Source: an uncultured Candidatus Saccharibacteria bacterium
GTDB lineage: Bacteria; Patescibacteriota; Saccharimonadia; Saccharimonadales; CAZDQS01
DNA: 64,000 nucleotides
Direction of reading: 5' to 3'
Assembly: GCA_964507855.1 (NCBI GenBank)
Contig: CAZDQS010000003.1
Location: 21,988 to 85,987 of the forward strand
Of the stretch, positions 20,487-29,454 are shown piece after piece. Each line of letters begins with the position of its first letter. Position 1 is the first letter of the stretch. The translations under genes and the position numbers were made by a program. Below the pieces are notes generated by a model. The model had not been told where the DNA came from and did not search any database. It was given only the letters and a program-made list of their open reading frames with translations.

Positions 20487-22007
20487 ATGAGTTGGAAGAT
20501 TATTTGGCGTTCGCTCAAAGAAGCGGACATGCGCAAACGGATTTTTGCAGTACTTGGGATGATTTTGGTGTTCCGTGTGTTTGCGCACATACCTATTCCG
20601 ATTGGCGACCAGGAAACACTCAAGCAGATTATTGAAAATCTGTTTACTGATAACGGCACACCGCAACTTCTGAACTTTATCAATGTACTTTCGGGTGGTG
20701 CGCTAGCCAACTTCTCAATCATGCTGCTTGGCCTCGGTCCTTACATCAACGCCAGCATTATCATGCAACTGCTGACCCGGGCTATACCAAGACTTGAAGC
20801 GCTCAATAAAGAAGGCGAATTTGGTAGAAAGAAAATAAACCAATACACGCGTATCCTGACGTTGCCACTGGCTATCATCCAATCCATCGGTGCAATTTAT
20901 CTGGTTAGGCAAACTGCAGCGAGCATTAGCGGTATCAGTGACATCACTGCGAATGCTTCATTTATGCAATGGATACTTATGGTTGCAGCCATGACCGGTG
21001 GCTCAATGATCCTGATGTGGATCGGGGAATTGATTACCGAACGGGGTATTGGTAACGGTATATCGTTGCTTATTACGGCTGGTATTGTTAGCACCTTACC
21101 ACAGACCGCCTCACAGATAATTGGTTCGGTCGTAAGCGAATCAAGCACGTGGACAGTATTTGGCCGCAACTTGCCGGTTAACCGGACGGCACTCTGGTAT
21201 GCCCTTATTATCCTCGTTGCAACAATAATAACGACCTGGATAGTTGTGAAGCTGAATGAAGCGTCGCGCCGGCTTACCATACACTACGCCAAGCGAGTTC
21301 AGGGGAATCGCGCGTATGGTGGCGTCACGACCATGCTTCCCGTGAAGCTGATTACTGCGGGTGTTATTCCGATTATCTTCGCTGTTGCTTTCTTGAGCGT
21401 ACCTGGTTTTGTCGGCGGGCTCTTAAGTACTAACTCCAGCGCACGTCTGCAGGCTATGGGTATGGACCTGCAGCGCTGGTTCCAGACACCAAGCGCACAA
21501 ACCTTTGCCTTTGGTGGGTGGGAGGCATATATCTATCCGGTTGTGTACTTTGTGCTTGTTTTTGCCTTTACGTATTTCTACACAAGCATTACTTTCAATG
21601 CAAAAGAGATTGCCGAGAACCTCCAGAAACAAGGCGGCTTCATAGAAGGTGTCCGCTCGGGTGCACAAACGGAAAAATACCTTGCTAAGGTCGTAAACAG
21701 GCTGACGTTGTTTGGCGCTTTGGCGCTCGGTCTGTTGGCGCTGTCGCCAATTATCGGCCAGATCTTCCTCAAGACTGACATCACTGTTGGCGGTACCAGC
21801 ATACTCATCCTTGTGGCAGTTGCGCTCGAGACGCTGCGCCAGATAGAGTCCCGAGCTCTCATGGTTACATATGACCAATACACTACACCTGATTTCTTTA
21901 CTGACACGACCGCAGACGCGGCGCCGGCTGGCACAGGGGCGCGGGTAACGCGCTTTATGCCCAACCGGATTTTCCGCCGCAATAAGTCCTCAGGGAAGAG
22001 AAAGTAA
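20487..22007 (+). CDS. secY: preprotein translocase subunit SecY
   Basis: 506 aa, multi-TM, SecY family sequence with a C-terminal basic extension. Confidence 0.95.
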   Translation: MSWKIIWRSLKEADMRKRIFAVLGMILVFRVFAHIPIPIGDQETLKQIIENLFTDNGTPQLLNFINVLSGGALANFSIMLLGLGPYINASIIMQLLTRAIPRLEALNKEGEFGRKKINQYTRILTLPLAIIQSIGAIYLVRQTAASISGISDITANASFMQWILMVAAMTGGSMILMWIGELITERGIGNGISLLITAGIVSTLPQTASQIIGSVVSESSTWTVFGRNLPVNRTALWYALIILVATIITTWIVVKLNEASRRLTIHYAKRVQGNRAYGGVTTMLPVKLITAGVIPIIFAVAFLSVPGFVGGLLSTNSSARLQAMGMDLQRWFQTPSAQTFAFGGWEAYIYPVVYFVLVFAFTYFYTSITFNAKEIAENLQKQGGFIEGVRSGAQTEKYLAKVVNRLTLFGALALGLLALSPIIGQIFLKTDITVGGTSILILVAVALETLRQIESRALMVTYDQYTTPDFFTDTTADAAPAGTGARVTRFMPNRIFRRNKSSGKRK

Positions 22008-22014
22008 AATACTG

Positions 22015-22043
22015 TTTACAGAATGTTGTAAGTTTAGTATAAT
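22015..22043 (+). promoter_or_regulatory. candidate promoter for infA (TTTACA-N17-TATAAT)
   Basis: Hexamers at 22015-22020 and 22038-22043 with a 17-nt spacer; 18 nt before the infA ATG. Confidence 0.55.
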
Positions 22044-22060
22044 TAACTCTTGTTATATTT

Positions 22061-22282
22061 ATGGCCAAAAATAAGGAAGTGATCGAGTTGACAGGGACGA
22101 TAGTTGAGACCCTTCCGGGTACTCAGTTTCGAGTCGAACTCGAAAATGGCCATCAAATTATAGCTCACGTTGCCGGCAAGATGAGGAAGCATTTCATCCG
22201 CATCGTGCCAGGTGACAGCGTTACGGTTGAGTTGACGCCTTACGATCTTAGTAAGGGCAGAATCACGTACCGCAAAAGTTAG
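22061..22282 (+). CDS. infA: translation initiation factor IF-1
   Basis: 73 aa with an IF-1 S1-fold sequence ([20 protein letters not shown]...AHVAGKMRK). Confidence 0.96.
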   Translation: MAKNKEVIELTGTIVETLPGTQFRVELENGHQIIAHVAGKMRKHFIRIVPGDSVTVELTPYDLSKGRITYRKS

Positions 22283-22465
22283 TACCTTCAGAGAACGGCA
22301 CATCTCGGGCGAAAAAGTCCACTACGCGCTCACCGTACACTCGGTACGGCTCGCTTACGTTGCTCCTTTTTCATCCCAAGCTGTACCATCCTCCGAAAGT
22401 CCTAGCAACTTATCAATAAACTTAAGCAGTGTGTCATCGTCACATTAAAGGAGGCAATGATCCGC

Positions 22466-22582
22466 ATGAAAGTGCGTGCTAGCGTCAAGAAAATCAGTCC
22501 TGACGACAAGATCGTCCGCCGTAAAGGACGACTCTACGTTATCAACAAACTTAAGCCAAAGCATAAGCAAAGGCAGGGTTAA
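22466..22582 (+). CDS. rpmJ: 50S ribosomal protein L36 (cysteine-free form)
   Basis: Too short for the ORF track. Hand translation is [48 protein letters not shown] lies 10 nt upstream. The stop is 2 nt before rpsM. Confidence 0.9.
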   Translation: MKVRASVKKISPDDKIVRRKGRLYVINKLKPKHKQRQG

Positions 22583-22584
22583 GT

Positions 22585-22971
22585 ATGGCTCGAATTTCCG
22601 GTGTTACTATTCCAAGCGAAAAGCAGGTGCAGGTTGCACTGACTTACGTATATGGCATTGGCCCAAAGACCAGCCAGAGCATTCTGGCAGAAGCTAAGGT
22701 TGAACCGACCGTTCGCGTCAAGAACCTAACGGATGAAGAAATTTCCCGCATCCAGGATGTCATTAACGCTAAGCTTACAGTTGAAGGTGAGCTGCAGCGC
22801 ATGGTGACGGGCAATATTAAGCGCCTGAAGGATATTAACAGCTACCGTGGCCTGCGCCACAAGTCCAACCTTCCTTCTCGCGGCCAACGTACGCGTACCA
22901 ATGCCCGCACGCGACGCGGCAAGAAGTTGACTGTTGGTGGAACAGCCAAGAAAGCACCGTCTAAGACGTAA
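22585..22971 (+). CDS. rpsM: 30S ribosomal protein S13
   Basis: 128 aa with a uS13 sequence (MARISGVTIP). Confidence 0.96.
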   Translation: MARISGVTIPSEKQVQVALTYVYGIGPKTSQSILAEAKVEPTVRVKNLTDEEISRIQDVINAKLTVEGELQRMVTGNIKRLKDINSYRGLRHKSNLPSRGQRTRTNARTRRGKKLTVGGTAKKAPSKT

Positions 22972-22988
22972 GGTAAGGTAGAGAAGAT

Positions 22989-23381
22989 ATGGCAGAAGCA
23001 ACAACAACCAAGAAGAAGAAAGCCAAGCGCTCAGTACCTTATGGTCATGTGCATGTCTTGGCCACTTTCAATAACACGATTATTACTGTTACAGATGGCT
23101 CCGGCAATGTATTGTCGGCTTCCAGTGCTGGCGGTTGCGGTTTCCGTGGCTCAAAGAAGGGTACTGCATACGCTGCCCAGGTAGCTGCTGAGCGTGCTAT
23201 CCAGGCCGCTAAGCAAGCACATGGCTTCAGCAAAGCTGATGTATTCATCAAGGGCGTGGGGCTGGGCCGCGAAGCAGCCGTCCGTGCGCTTTCTGGCGCA
23301 AACATTCAGGTCGAAAACATCGCTGATATAACTGGCGTACCACATGGTGGCGTACGGCCAAGGAAGGCACGGCGAATCTAG
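22989..23381 (+). CDS. rpsK: 30S ribosomal protein S11
   Basis: 130 aa with a uS11 family sequence. Confidence 0.96.
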   Translation: MAEATTTKKKKAKRSVPYGHVHVLATFNNTIITVTDGSGNVLSASSAGGCGFRGSKKGTAYAAQVAAERAIQAAKQAHGFSKADVFIKGVGLGREAAVRALSGANIQVENIADITGVPHGGVRPRKARRI

Positions 23382-23389
23382 GAGTAACT

Positions 23390-24010
23390 ATGGCACGAGA
23401 TACACATTCTATAGTCAAGATGAGTCGACGCGAGGGTTACGCCCTCCATCCCAAGGCTCACAAGGCGCTTGTTAAGCGCAGCACACTGCCTGGCCAGCAA
23501 GGTCAGGGTGGCCGTGGCCCCCGTGGCAAGACTAGCCAGTACGCACTGCAGCTACGAGAAAAGCAAAAGGTCAAGCGGCTGTATGGCTTACTTGAGCGGC
23601 AGTTTGCCAACCTCATGAACGAAGCTACCCGAAAGCAGGGTGAATCCGGTGAAGTGTTGCTCGAATACCTTGAGCGGCGCCTGGACAACACCATCTATCG
23701 GGCTGGTTTTGCTCCAAGCCGTCGGGCTGCACGCCAATTGGTAACCCATGGCCATTTCATGTACAACGGCCGCCGGGTAGATATCCCATCTATTCGCGTG
23801 CAGGCAGGTGATGTAATCACCCTTCGCGACCACAGCAAGAATACTGAATATTTCAAGAAGCTTGACGAAGTTAGCCCAGCCGCTGAAAGTGTCAGCTGGC
23901 TCAAGGTTGATCGCAAGAAGGTTGAAATCAAGGTCACTGGCGTACCGACTCGTGATGAGGCAGAGCCAGATATTAAAGAACAATTAATCGTAGAGTACTA
24001 CTCACGCTAG
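23390..24010 (+). CDS. rpsD: 30S ribosomal protein S4
   Basis: 206 aa with a uS4 sequence including the S4 RNA-binding domain. Confidence 0.95.
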   Translation: MARDTHSIVKMSRREGYALHPKAHKALVKRSTLPGQQGQGGRGPRGKTSQYALQLREKQKVKRLYGLLERQFANLMNEATRKQGESGEVLLEYLERRLDNTIYRAGFAPSRRAARQLVTHGHFMYNGRRVDIPSIRVQAGDVITLRDHSKNTEYFKKLDEVSPAAESVSWLKVDRKKVEIKVTGVPTRDEAEPDIKEQLIVEYYSR

Positions 24011-24030
24011 GGGAGGCTTAGGCGAAAACT

Positions 24031-24978
24031 ATGACAAAGACAATTCACACTCCAGGACTAGTACAGGTCGACGAGCACGGTGCACACAGTGCAACCTTCG
24101 TTGTCGAACCATTGCACACTGGCTACGGTATGACCCTCGGCAACTCTTTGCGCAGAGTATTACTCTCAAGCATCGCAGGTGCAGCGGTTACTTCATTCCG
24201 TATCGAAGGTGCAAGCCATGAGTTTACAACACTGCCAGGTGTCAAAGAAGACATCGTAGATATCATGTTAAACCTCAAGGGTGTACGTTTCCGCGTATTC
24301 GGCGACGAACCACAGACCGTCCGTCTTGAGAAGACAGGTGGCGGCACGGTAACCGCACGCGACATCAAGACAACAGCTGATGTTGAAGTTGTTAACCCTG
24401 AGCACGTTATTGCAACGCTCGATGACAAGAAGGCCAAGTTCGTTATGGATCTCGTTGTTGAGACTGGCCGCGGCTATCGCACTGTTGACGAATCTGGTGC
24501 ACACCGCAAGGCAAGCGACATGATCGCCGTTGACGCAATCTTCAGTCCGGTCCTGCGCGTACGCTACAAGGTTGAAAACACCCGTGTTGGCCAGATGACC
24601 GACCTCGACAAATTACTGATTACTGTCGACACCGATGGCACCATCACACCGCGCGAAGCGTTTGAGGAGGCTAACGCAATCTTGCTGAACCAGTACACCA
24701 CACTTGCCGGCCAGACCCGTGTTGAGGCTGCCGCACCTTTGGCACCATCAGGCACAGATAGCAAGGGCGGCGTTGATAGCGAAGAGCCTGCAGAGCTGAT
24801 GACCCCGATTGAGGACCTGAACCTGTCAGCTCGCACCACCAACGCATTGATTAACAACGACATCCACACTCTGAAAGACTTGCTGTCCCTCAGCGATGCC
24901 GAGCTTCGCGATCTGAAGGGATTTGGCAGCAAGGCTCTGGATGAAGTAAAAGAGAAGATGTCGGAACTGGAGCTTTAG
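24031..24978 (+). CDS. rpoA: DNA-directed RNA polymerase subunit alpha
   Basis: 315 aa with an RpoA N-terminal domain and C-terminal domain (LNLSARTTNAL). Conserved position after rpsD. Confidence 0.96.
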   Translation: MTKTIHTPGLVQVDEHGAHSATFVVEPLHTGYGMTLGNSLRRVLLSSIAGAAVTSFRIEGASHEFTTLPGVKEDIVDIMLNLKGVRFRVFGDEPQTVRLEKTGGGTVTARDIKTTADVEVVNPEHVIATLDDKKAKFVMDLVVETGRGYRTVDESGAHRKASDMIAVDAIFSPVLRVRYKVENTRVGQMTDLDKLLITVDTDGTITPREAFEEANAILLNQYTTLAGQTRVEAAAPLAPSGTDSKGGVDSEEPAELMTPIEDLNLSARTTNALINNDIHTLKDLLSLSDAELRDLKGFGSKALDEVKEKMSELEL

Positions 24979-24981
24979 ATC

Positions 24982-25437
24982 ATGCATCGTCACGGATATC
25001 AAGGAAGGAAATTTGGCCGGGAGCGAGACCAGCGTCGCGCGCTTCTGAAGAGCCTGGCAGAGTCTCTGGTCAAGTACGAGTCTATTGAGACCACATTGCC
25101 AAAGGCCAAGGAAGTCGTGCCTTACGTTGAACAACTCATCACCAAGGCCAAGCGAGGCGATCTGCATGCCCGCCGGCAAATTATTGCAGACTTACAGACC
25201 GTCGAAACAGCACACAAGCTGGTCGACCAGATCGCACCAAAGCTAAAGGGCCGCACCAGCGGACACCTGCGCATTACACGCACAGCTCTTCGCCGCGGTG
25301 ACAATGCCCAGATGGCACGAGTTAGCTTTGTTGACGACCTCAAGGAAGAAGCTGCAAAGCCAGCGCCAAAGGCAACCGCTGCTAAAAGCGACACGCACAA
25401 GAAGCCGGCCAAGAAGACAGAGGAGGCTAAGGCATAA
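24982..25437 (+). CDS. rplQ: 50S ribosomal protein L17
   Basis: 151 aa with a bL17 core plus a Lys/Ala-rich tail. Confidence 0.94.
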   Translation: MHRHGYQGRKFGRERDQRRALLKSLAESLVKYESIETTLPKAKEVVPYVEQLITKAKRGDLHARRQIIADLQTVETAHKLVDQIAPKLKGRTSGHLRITRTALRRGDNAQMARVSFVDDLKEEAAKPAPKATAAKSDTHKKPAKKTEEAKA

Positions 25438-25439
25438 CT

Positions 25440-25880
25440 ATGAAGACATACAGCGCAAAACCAAGTGACGTAACCCGCAAGTGGTACGTAATTGACGCCT
25501 CTGAGGCAACTCTCGGCCGCGTCGCGACTGTTGCCGCCAAGCTTCTGACAGGCAAGGACAAGCCGATGTTTACCAAGCACATCGATGTTGGTGACTTTGT
25601 TATTGTCATAAACGCTGACAAGATTGTTGTAACCGGCGGCAAAGAAACGAAGAAGAAGTACTACAGCCACAGCGGTTACCCTGGCGGCTTGTACGAAGCA
25701 ACACTTACAGAGAAGATGGAAAAAGACCCGACATTTGCTATCACCAATGCTGTCCGCGGCATGCTTCCGGTCAACAAGCTCCGCGATGGACGTCTGCAGA
25801 GACTTAAGGTCTATGCTGGTGCCGAGCATAAGCACGAGGCCCAGAAGCCCGAAAAGATTTCAGTAAAGGAAGGTAAGTAA
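25440..25880 (+). CDS. rplM: 50S ribosomal protein L13
   Basis: 146 aa with a uL13 family sequence. Confidence 0.95.
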   Translation: MKTYSAKPSDVTRKWYVIDASEATLGRVATVAAKLLTGKDKPMFTKHIDVGDFVIVINADKIVVTGGKETKKKYYSHSGYPGGLYEATLTEKMEKDPTFAITNAVRGMLPVNKLRDGRLQRLKVYAGAEHKHEAQKPEKISVKEGK

Positions 25881-25882
25881 TT

Positions 25883-26281
25883 ATGGCGACACAAAACTAC
25901 TTCTATGGTCTTGGCCGCCGCAAGAGTTCGACCGCACGCGTTCGGCTTATGAACGGCAAGGGGACGATTACAGTCAATGGCAAGCCTGCTAGTGAGTACT
26001 TTGCTGACAGCAAGTATCTACTCAACGAACTGAGCCGCCCGTTTGCAGTGCTCGAGCAGGAGAACAAGTACGATGTGAGCGCCGTCGTTTCTGGTGGCGG
26101 ACACAACGGTCAAGTTGATGCTATCCGTCTCGGTATTGCCAAGGCACTGGCTGTCATGAACGAAGATCTAAAAGGCACATTACGCCGTGCTGAACTCTTG
26201 GGCCGCGACCCACGCGAGAAAGAACGCAAGAAGTTCGGTCTCAAAGGTGCACGCAAGCAACGCCAGTTCACCAAGCGTTAA
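25883..26281 (+). CDS. rpsI: 30S ribosomal protein S9
   Basis: 132 aa with a uS9 sequence ending ...KQRQFTKR. Confidence 0.95.
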   Translation: MATQNYFYGLGRRKSSTARVRLMNGKGTITVNGKPASEYFADSKYLLNELSRPFAVLEQENKYDVSAVVSGGGHNGQVDAIRLGIAKALAVMNEDLKGTLRRAELLGRDPREKERKKFGLKGARKQRQFTKR

Positions 26282-26300
26282 TTCGCATACCGCACAACAC

Positions 26301-26338
26301 AAAACGACGCTCTTACATCAGGGCGCCGTTTTGTTTTA
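26301..26338 (+). terminator. intrinsic terminator after rpsI
   Basis: Stem AAAACGACGC/GCGCCGTTTT (one mismatch), followed by GTTTTA. Confidence 0.65.
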
Positions 26339-26367
26339 TGTGACAATTTGACAAAGTGTGGTAATAT
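26339..26367 (+). promoter_or_regulatory. candidate promoter of pheA leader (GTGACA-N16-TGgTAATAT, extended -10)
   Basis: The -10 TAATAT at 26362-26367 is preceded by TGG. It ends 8 nt before the leader-peptide ATG, which suggests a leaderless transcript. Confidence 0.4.
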
Positions 26368-26374
26368 ACCATTG

Positions 26375-26449
26375 ATGTCAAACGTAACATATCGCTTTTT
26401 CTTTTGGTTTACACCTTTTGCCAAGGCGGTTTGTTCGCTGCGCTCATAA
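26375..26449 (+). CDS. candidate Phe-rich leader peptide (24 aa: MSNVTYRFFFWFTPFAKAVCSLRS)
   Basis: Hand-translated. 5 Phe and 1 Trp within 8 consecutive codons, immediately upstream of prephenate dehydratase. Lies upstream of a terminator hairpin. Confidence 0.5.
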   Translation: MSNVTYRFFFWFTPFAKAVCSLRS

Positions 26450-26474
26450 ACGCATACATCACCAAAAAGTAATC

Positions 26475-26503
26475 AAGCCGCCAACAAGGCGGTTTTTCGT
26501 TTT
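26475..26503 (+). terminator. attenuator terminator in pheA leader
   Basis: 8-bp stem AAGCCGCC/GGCGGTTT (26475-26482 with 26488-26495), loop AACAA, then a T-run. It ends 17 nt before the pheA ATG, just ahead of the SD AAGGAG. Confidence 0.55.
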
Positions 26504-26519
26504 ATAAGGAGTAATATAG

Positions 26520-27377
26520 ATGTCAGAACTGGTTGGAGTACAAGGAAGAGAAGGCTCGTATCACGAAGAAGCAGCTCGCTCTCTGTGGGGCGAAAATGTT
26601 GATATTGCCTATATTGATACGTTTCGTGAGCTTTTTGATAGCATACGCACAGGTAAAGTCGGCCGCGGCGTTGTTGCAATTGCTAATAACTCCATAGGGT
26701 TTATACCTGAGACGTATGCGCTTCTCGTGTCCGAAGAGGCGAGCAAATACCAGATACGTGGCGAAACATATGTGCGTGTAGAGCACCAGCTGCTTGGGTT
26801 GCCGGGCACGAACTTATCACAAGTACGTGAAGTGCACTCCCAGTCGCCTGCCATCAATCAATGCACCGATTTTCTTGAGACCCATTTGCCGCGTTTCACC
26901 GTAGTAGAGCAGGATGACACGGCCCTGAGTGCCGAACTAGTCAGTACATGGGGCGACCCCACCAAAGCTGCTATCGCCAGCCGGACCGCCGGCAAACTAC
27001 ATGGTCTCGAACCGATAGCTGCTAACATTCAGGACGACCCAGATAACATAACTCGATTCCTGATACTCGAGAAGCGAGCCGATTCTCAAGAGATTGCAGA
27101 TTCAGACAAGACGTCAGCAATACTACAAACTGGCCAAGCTCCAGGCTCACTGTATAAAGCGCTCGGAGTCTTTGCCGATCGAGAAGTAAACATAGCGACG
27201 CTGCATTCTGCTTTCGTCCCCAACTCTGCGTTCAAGATGAAATTCTTGATAGAATTCGACGCTGGCGCGGAAGAAGCGGAGGTCATCACAAAAGAACTTC
27301 GAGCAATGTCCTGCCAGCTCGCGACACTTGGCAGTTATCAGTGTTCAGAAATACCAGTAAAGGAGACTACGAAATGA
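26520..27377 (+). CDS. pheA: prephenate dehydratase (PDT + ACT domains)
   Basis: 285 aa. N-terminal PDT-like sequence (GVQGREGSYHEEAA...) and a C-terminal ACT-like region (TSAILQTGQAPGSLYKALGVFADREVNI). Confidence 0.88.
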   Translation: MSELVGVQGREGSYHEEAARSLWGENVDIAYIDTFRELFDSIRTGKVGRGVVAIANNSIGFIPETYALLVSEEASKYQIRGETYVRVEHQLLGLPGTNLSQVREVHSQSPAINQCTDFLETHLPRFTVVEQDDTALSAELVSTWGDPTKAAIASRTAGKLHGLEPIAANIQDDPDNITRFLILEKRADSQEIADSDKTSAILQTGQAPGSLYKALGVFADREVNIATLHSAFVPNSAFKMKFLIEFDAGAEEAEVITKELRAMSCQLATLGSYQCSEIPVKETTK

Positions 27378-27547
27378 CACACCATAGAAATGTCCCAGAA
27401 GCAATACAACAGGAGATACCAGATATAGAAGGCAGGGATGTTCTCCGGCAAGCACAGGAACATGATAAAAATTCAGCTGTACAGTACCTTGGCGAGGCTG
27501 CCATTAAAATAGTCACGAAGCAAGAGCTTTTCCGCGTGGATATTTAA
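27374..27547 (+). CDS. hypothetical small protein (57 aa)
   Basis: ATGA overlap with the pheA stop. SD AAGGAG 8 nt upstream. No family recognised. Confidence 0.4.
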   Translation: MTHHRNVPEAIQQEIPDIEGRDVLRQAQEHDKNSAVQYLGEAAIKIVTKQELFRVDI

Positions 27548-27568
27548 GCTTAGGGTATAATACAAGTA

Positions 27569-28597
27569 ATGAGCAAACCAGTAATCCTGACGGGACTACG
27601 CGCCAACAGTGAGTTTCACCTTGGCAACTATCTTGGTGGCATCTTGCCAATGGTTGAGCTGCAGGCTGCGCACGCCGGAGAATACCAGCTCAATATGTTC
27701 GTGCCGGACCTGCACAGCTTCACGACGCCCATAGACCACAGCAAGTTGTACAAGCAAACCATAGAGAATCTTGCAGTGTTTGTTGCAGCCGGCCTCGATA
27801 TCAACAACCCCGATACGTTCCTGTACCGCCAGAGCTACATTACAGCACACAGCGAACTCACCTGGATATTGAACTGCTTCACCTACATGGGCGAACTCAG
27901 CCGTATGACACAGTATAAAGAAAAAGGCGAGTCACAAGAGAACCAAACTGCCGGACTGTTTACCTACCCAGTGCTAATGGCGGCGGATATCTTGCTCTAT
28001 GGTGCGGAATGGGTGCCTGTTGGTGATGATCAAAAGCAGCACCTCGAGTTAGCTCGAGATTTGGCGACACGGCTAAATAACAAGTTCGGCGAGTTATTTA
28101 TCGTGCCTCATGAATGGAAAAAGCAGCTGGAATTCGCCAGCCGCGACAATGGTGTCCGTATTCGTTCACTCCGCAATCCGGAAAAGAAAATGAGTAAAAG
28201 CGTGTCAGATCCAGCTGGTACTATCATGCTTTCCGACAGTCCAGAAGAAGCTGCCAAAAAAATCATGTCAGCAACGACTGATTCAGAGGGCGTTATTAAA
28301 CTCGACTGGGAGCGCCAGCCAGGGATAAGCAACCTCCTGCAGATTACGGCACTTCTCAGCAACACACCGCTTCATGATGCCGCACGTGAATGGGAAGGCA
28401 AAACTAGCTACGGTGACTTGAAACAACACGTTGCTGAGCTCGTGAAGGACTTCTTGGTTGATGTGCAAGCCAAGCTGGCAGAAGTTGACGAGCAAACCTT
28501 ATTGTCCAAGCTCGAGCAAGATGAGGAAAAAATGCGTCATGTTGCCAACGAAACACTAGCTAAAGTGCAGCGTGCCGTCGGTTTACGTCCTGCATGA
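27569..28597 (+). CDS. trpS: tryptophan--tRNA ligase
   Basis: 342 aa, class I signature (FHLGNYLG as the HIGH variant, KMSKS), TrpRS-like sequence. Confidence 0.94.
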   Translation: MSKPVILTGLRANSEFHLGNYLGGILPMVELQAAHAGEYQLNMFVPDLHSFTTPIDHSKLYKQTIENLAVFVAAGLDINNPDTFLYRQSYITAHSELTWILNCFTYMGELSRMTQYKEKGESQENQTAGLFTYPVLMAADILLYGAEWVPVGDDQKQHLELARDLATRLNNKFGELFIVPHEWKKQLEFASRDNGVRIRSLRNPEKKMSKSVSDPAGTIMLSDSPEEAAKKIMSATTDSEGVIKLDWERQPGISNLLQITALLSNTPLHDAAREWEGKTSYGDLKQHVAELVKDFLVDVQAKLAEVDEQTLLSKLEQDEEKMRHVANETLAKVQRAVGLRPA

Positions 28598-29454
28598 CCA
28601 CGTATACAGTTGAAAAGGAATCTGTCGGAGAAAGGCTTGATGTCTTTCTGGCGGCGTGTTACCCCGACCTCAGCCGGGCATTCATCCAACGACTTATTGA
28701 GCAGGAAAACGTGCTGGTTGGTGATCACGTTGAACGTGCTAGTTACAAACTCCGCGAGAATGATAGGGTTGTTGTCCAGTTTAACCAAGATGAACTCATG
28801 CAGATCCCGGACATCGAACTGCCGGTACTGTATGAAGATGACGACTGTATTGTCATAAACAAGCCCACTGGCGTCCTGACGCATAGTAAGGGTGCGTTCA
28901 ATCCCGAGGCGACAGTTGCAACCTTCATCAGTAGTCGTGTGCACGGCATGTCAGGTGATCGGGCGGGTATTGTCCATCGGCTTGACCGAGCTACCTCTGG
29001 CGTTATTATCTGTGCAAAACATCCAGAGGCCCTCTCGTGGCTGCAGAAACAGTTTAGCCAGCGGAAGGTCAAAAAAGTTTATTATGCTGTTATCACAGGC
29101 ACGTTGAAGCCCGAAAAGGCCATGATTGATATGCCAATAGAACGTCACCCGAAGCGGCCGCAGACGTTTCGTGTTGGCAGCAACGGGAAGCAGGCAGTCA
29201 CGGAATACGAGGTAACCACATCGAACGAAACCCATTCTCTTATCACGCTGCGGCCAACAACCGGTCGTACTCACCAGCTCCGTGTTCACTTAGCAAAGCT
29301 TAACCATCCAATACTGGGTGATACGTTGTACGGTGGTGAAGAAGCCGATCGTCTGTATCTCCACGCTCATAGCCTGGAGATAACATTGCCTACTAGAGAA
29401 CGAAAAGTCTTCACCGCACAAATACCCGAAGAATTCTCTATAATAGTGCAGTGA
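28594..29454 (+). CDS. RluA-family 23S rRNA pseudouridine synthase (RluD-like)
   Basis: 286 aa with an N-terminal S4-like domain and the catalytic HRLDRATSG motif. ATGA overlap with trpS. Confidence 0.9.
   Translation: MTTYTVEKESVGERLDVFLAACYPDLSRAFIQRLIEQENVLVGDHVERASYKLRENDRVVVQFNQDELMQIPDIELPVLYEDDDCIVINKPTGVLTHSKGAFNPEATVATFISSRVHGMSGDRAGIVHRLDRATSGVIICAKHPEALSWLQKQFSQRKVKKVYYAVITGTLKPEKAMIDMPIERHPKRPQTFRVGSNGKQAVTEYEVTTSNETHSLITLRPTTGRTHQLRVHLAKLNHPILGDTLYGGEEADRLYLHAHSLEITLPTRERKVFTAQIPEEFSIIVQ

Noticed and set aside
22283-22465. The 183-nt infA-rpmJ spacer as a possible RNA gene or gene remnant. It contains hairpin CCGTAC-ACTC-GGTACGG and a GAAAAAG/CTTTTTC pairing.
   Set aside because: Only short, unremarkable stems are present, with no match to RNA motifs I can recognise by eye (the RNase P, SRP and 6S signatures are absent). 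There is no credible ORF on either strand. Left unannotated.
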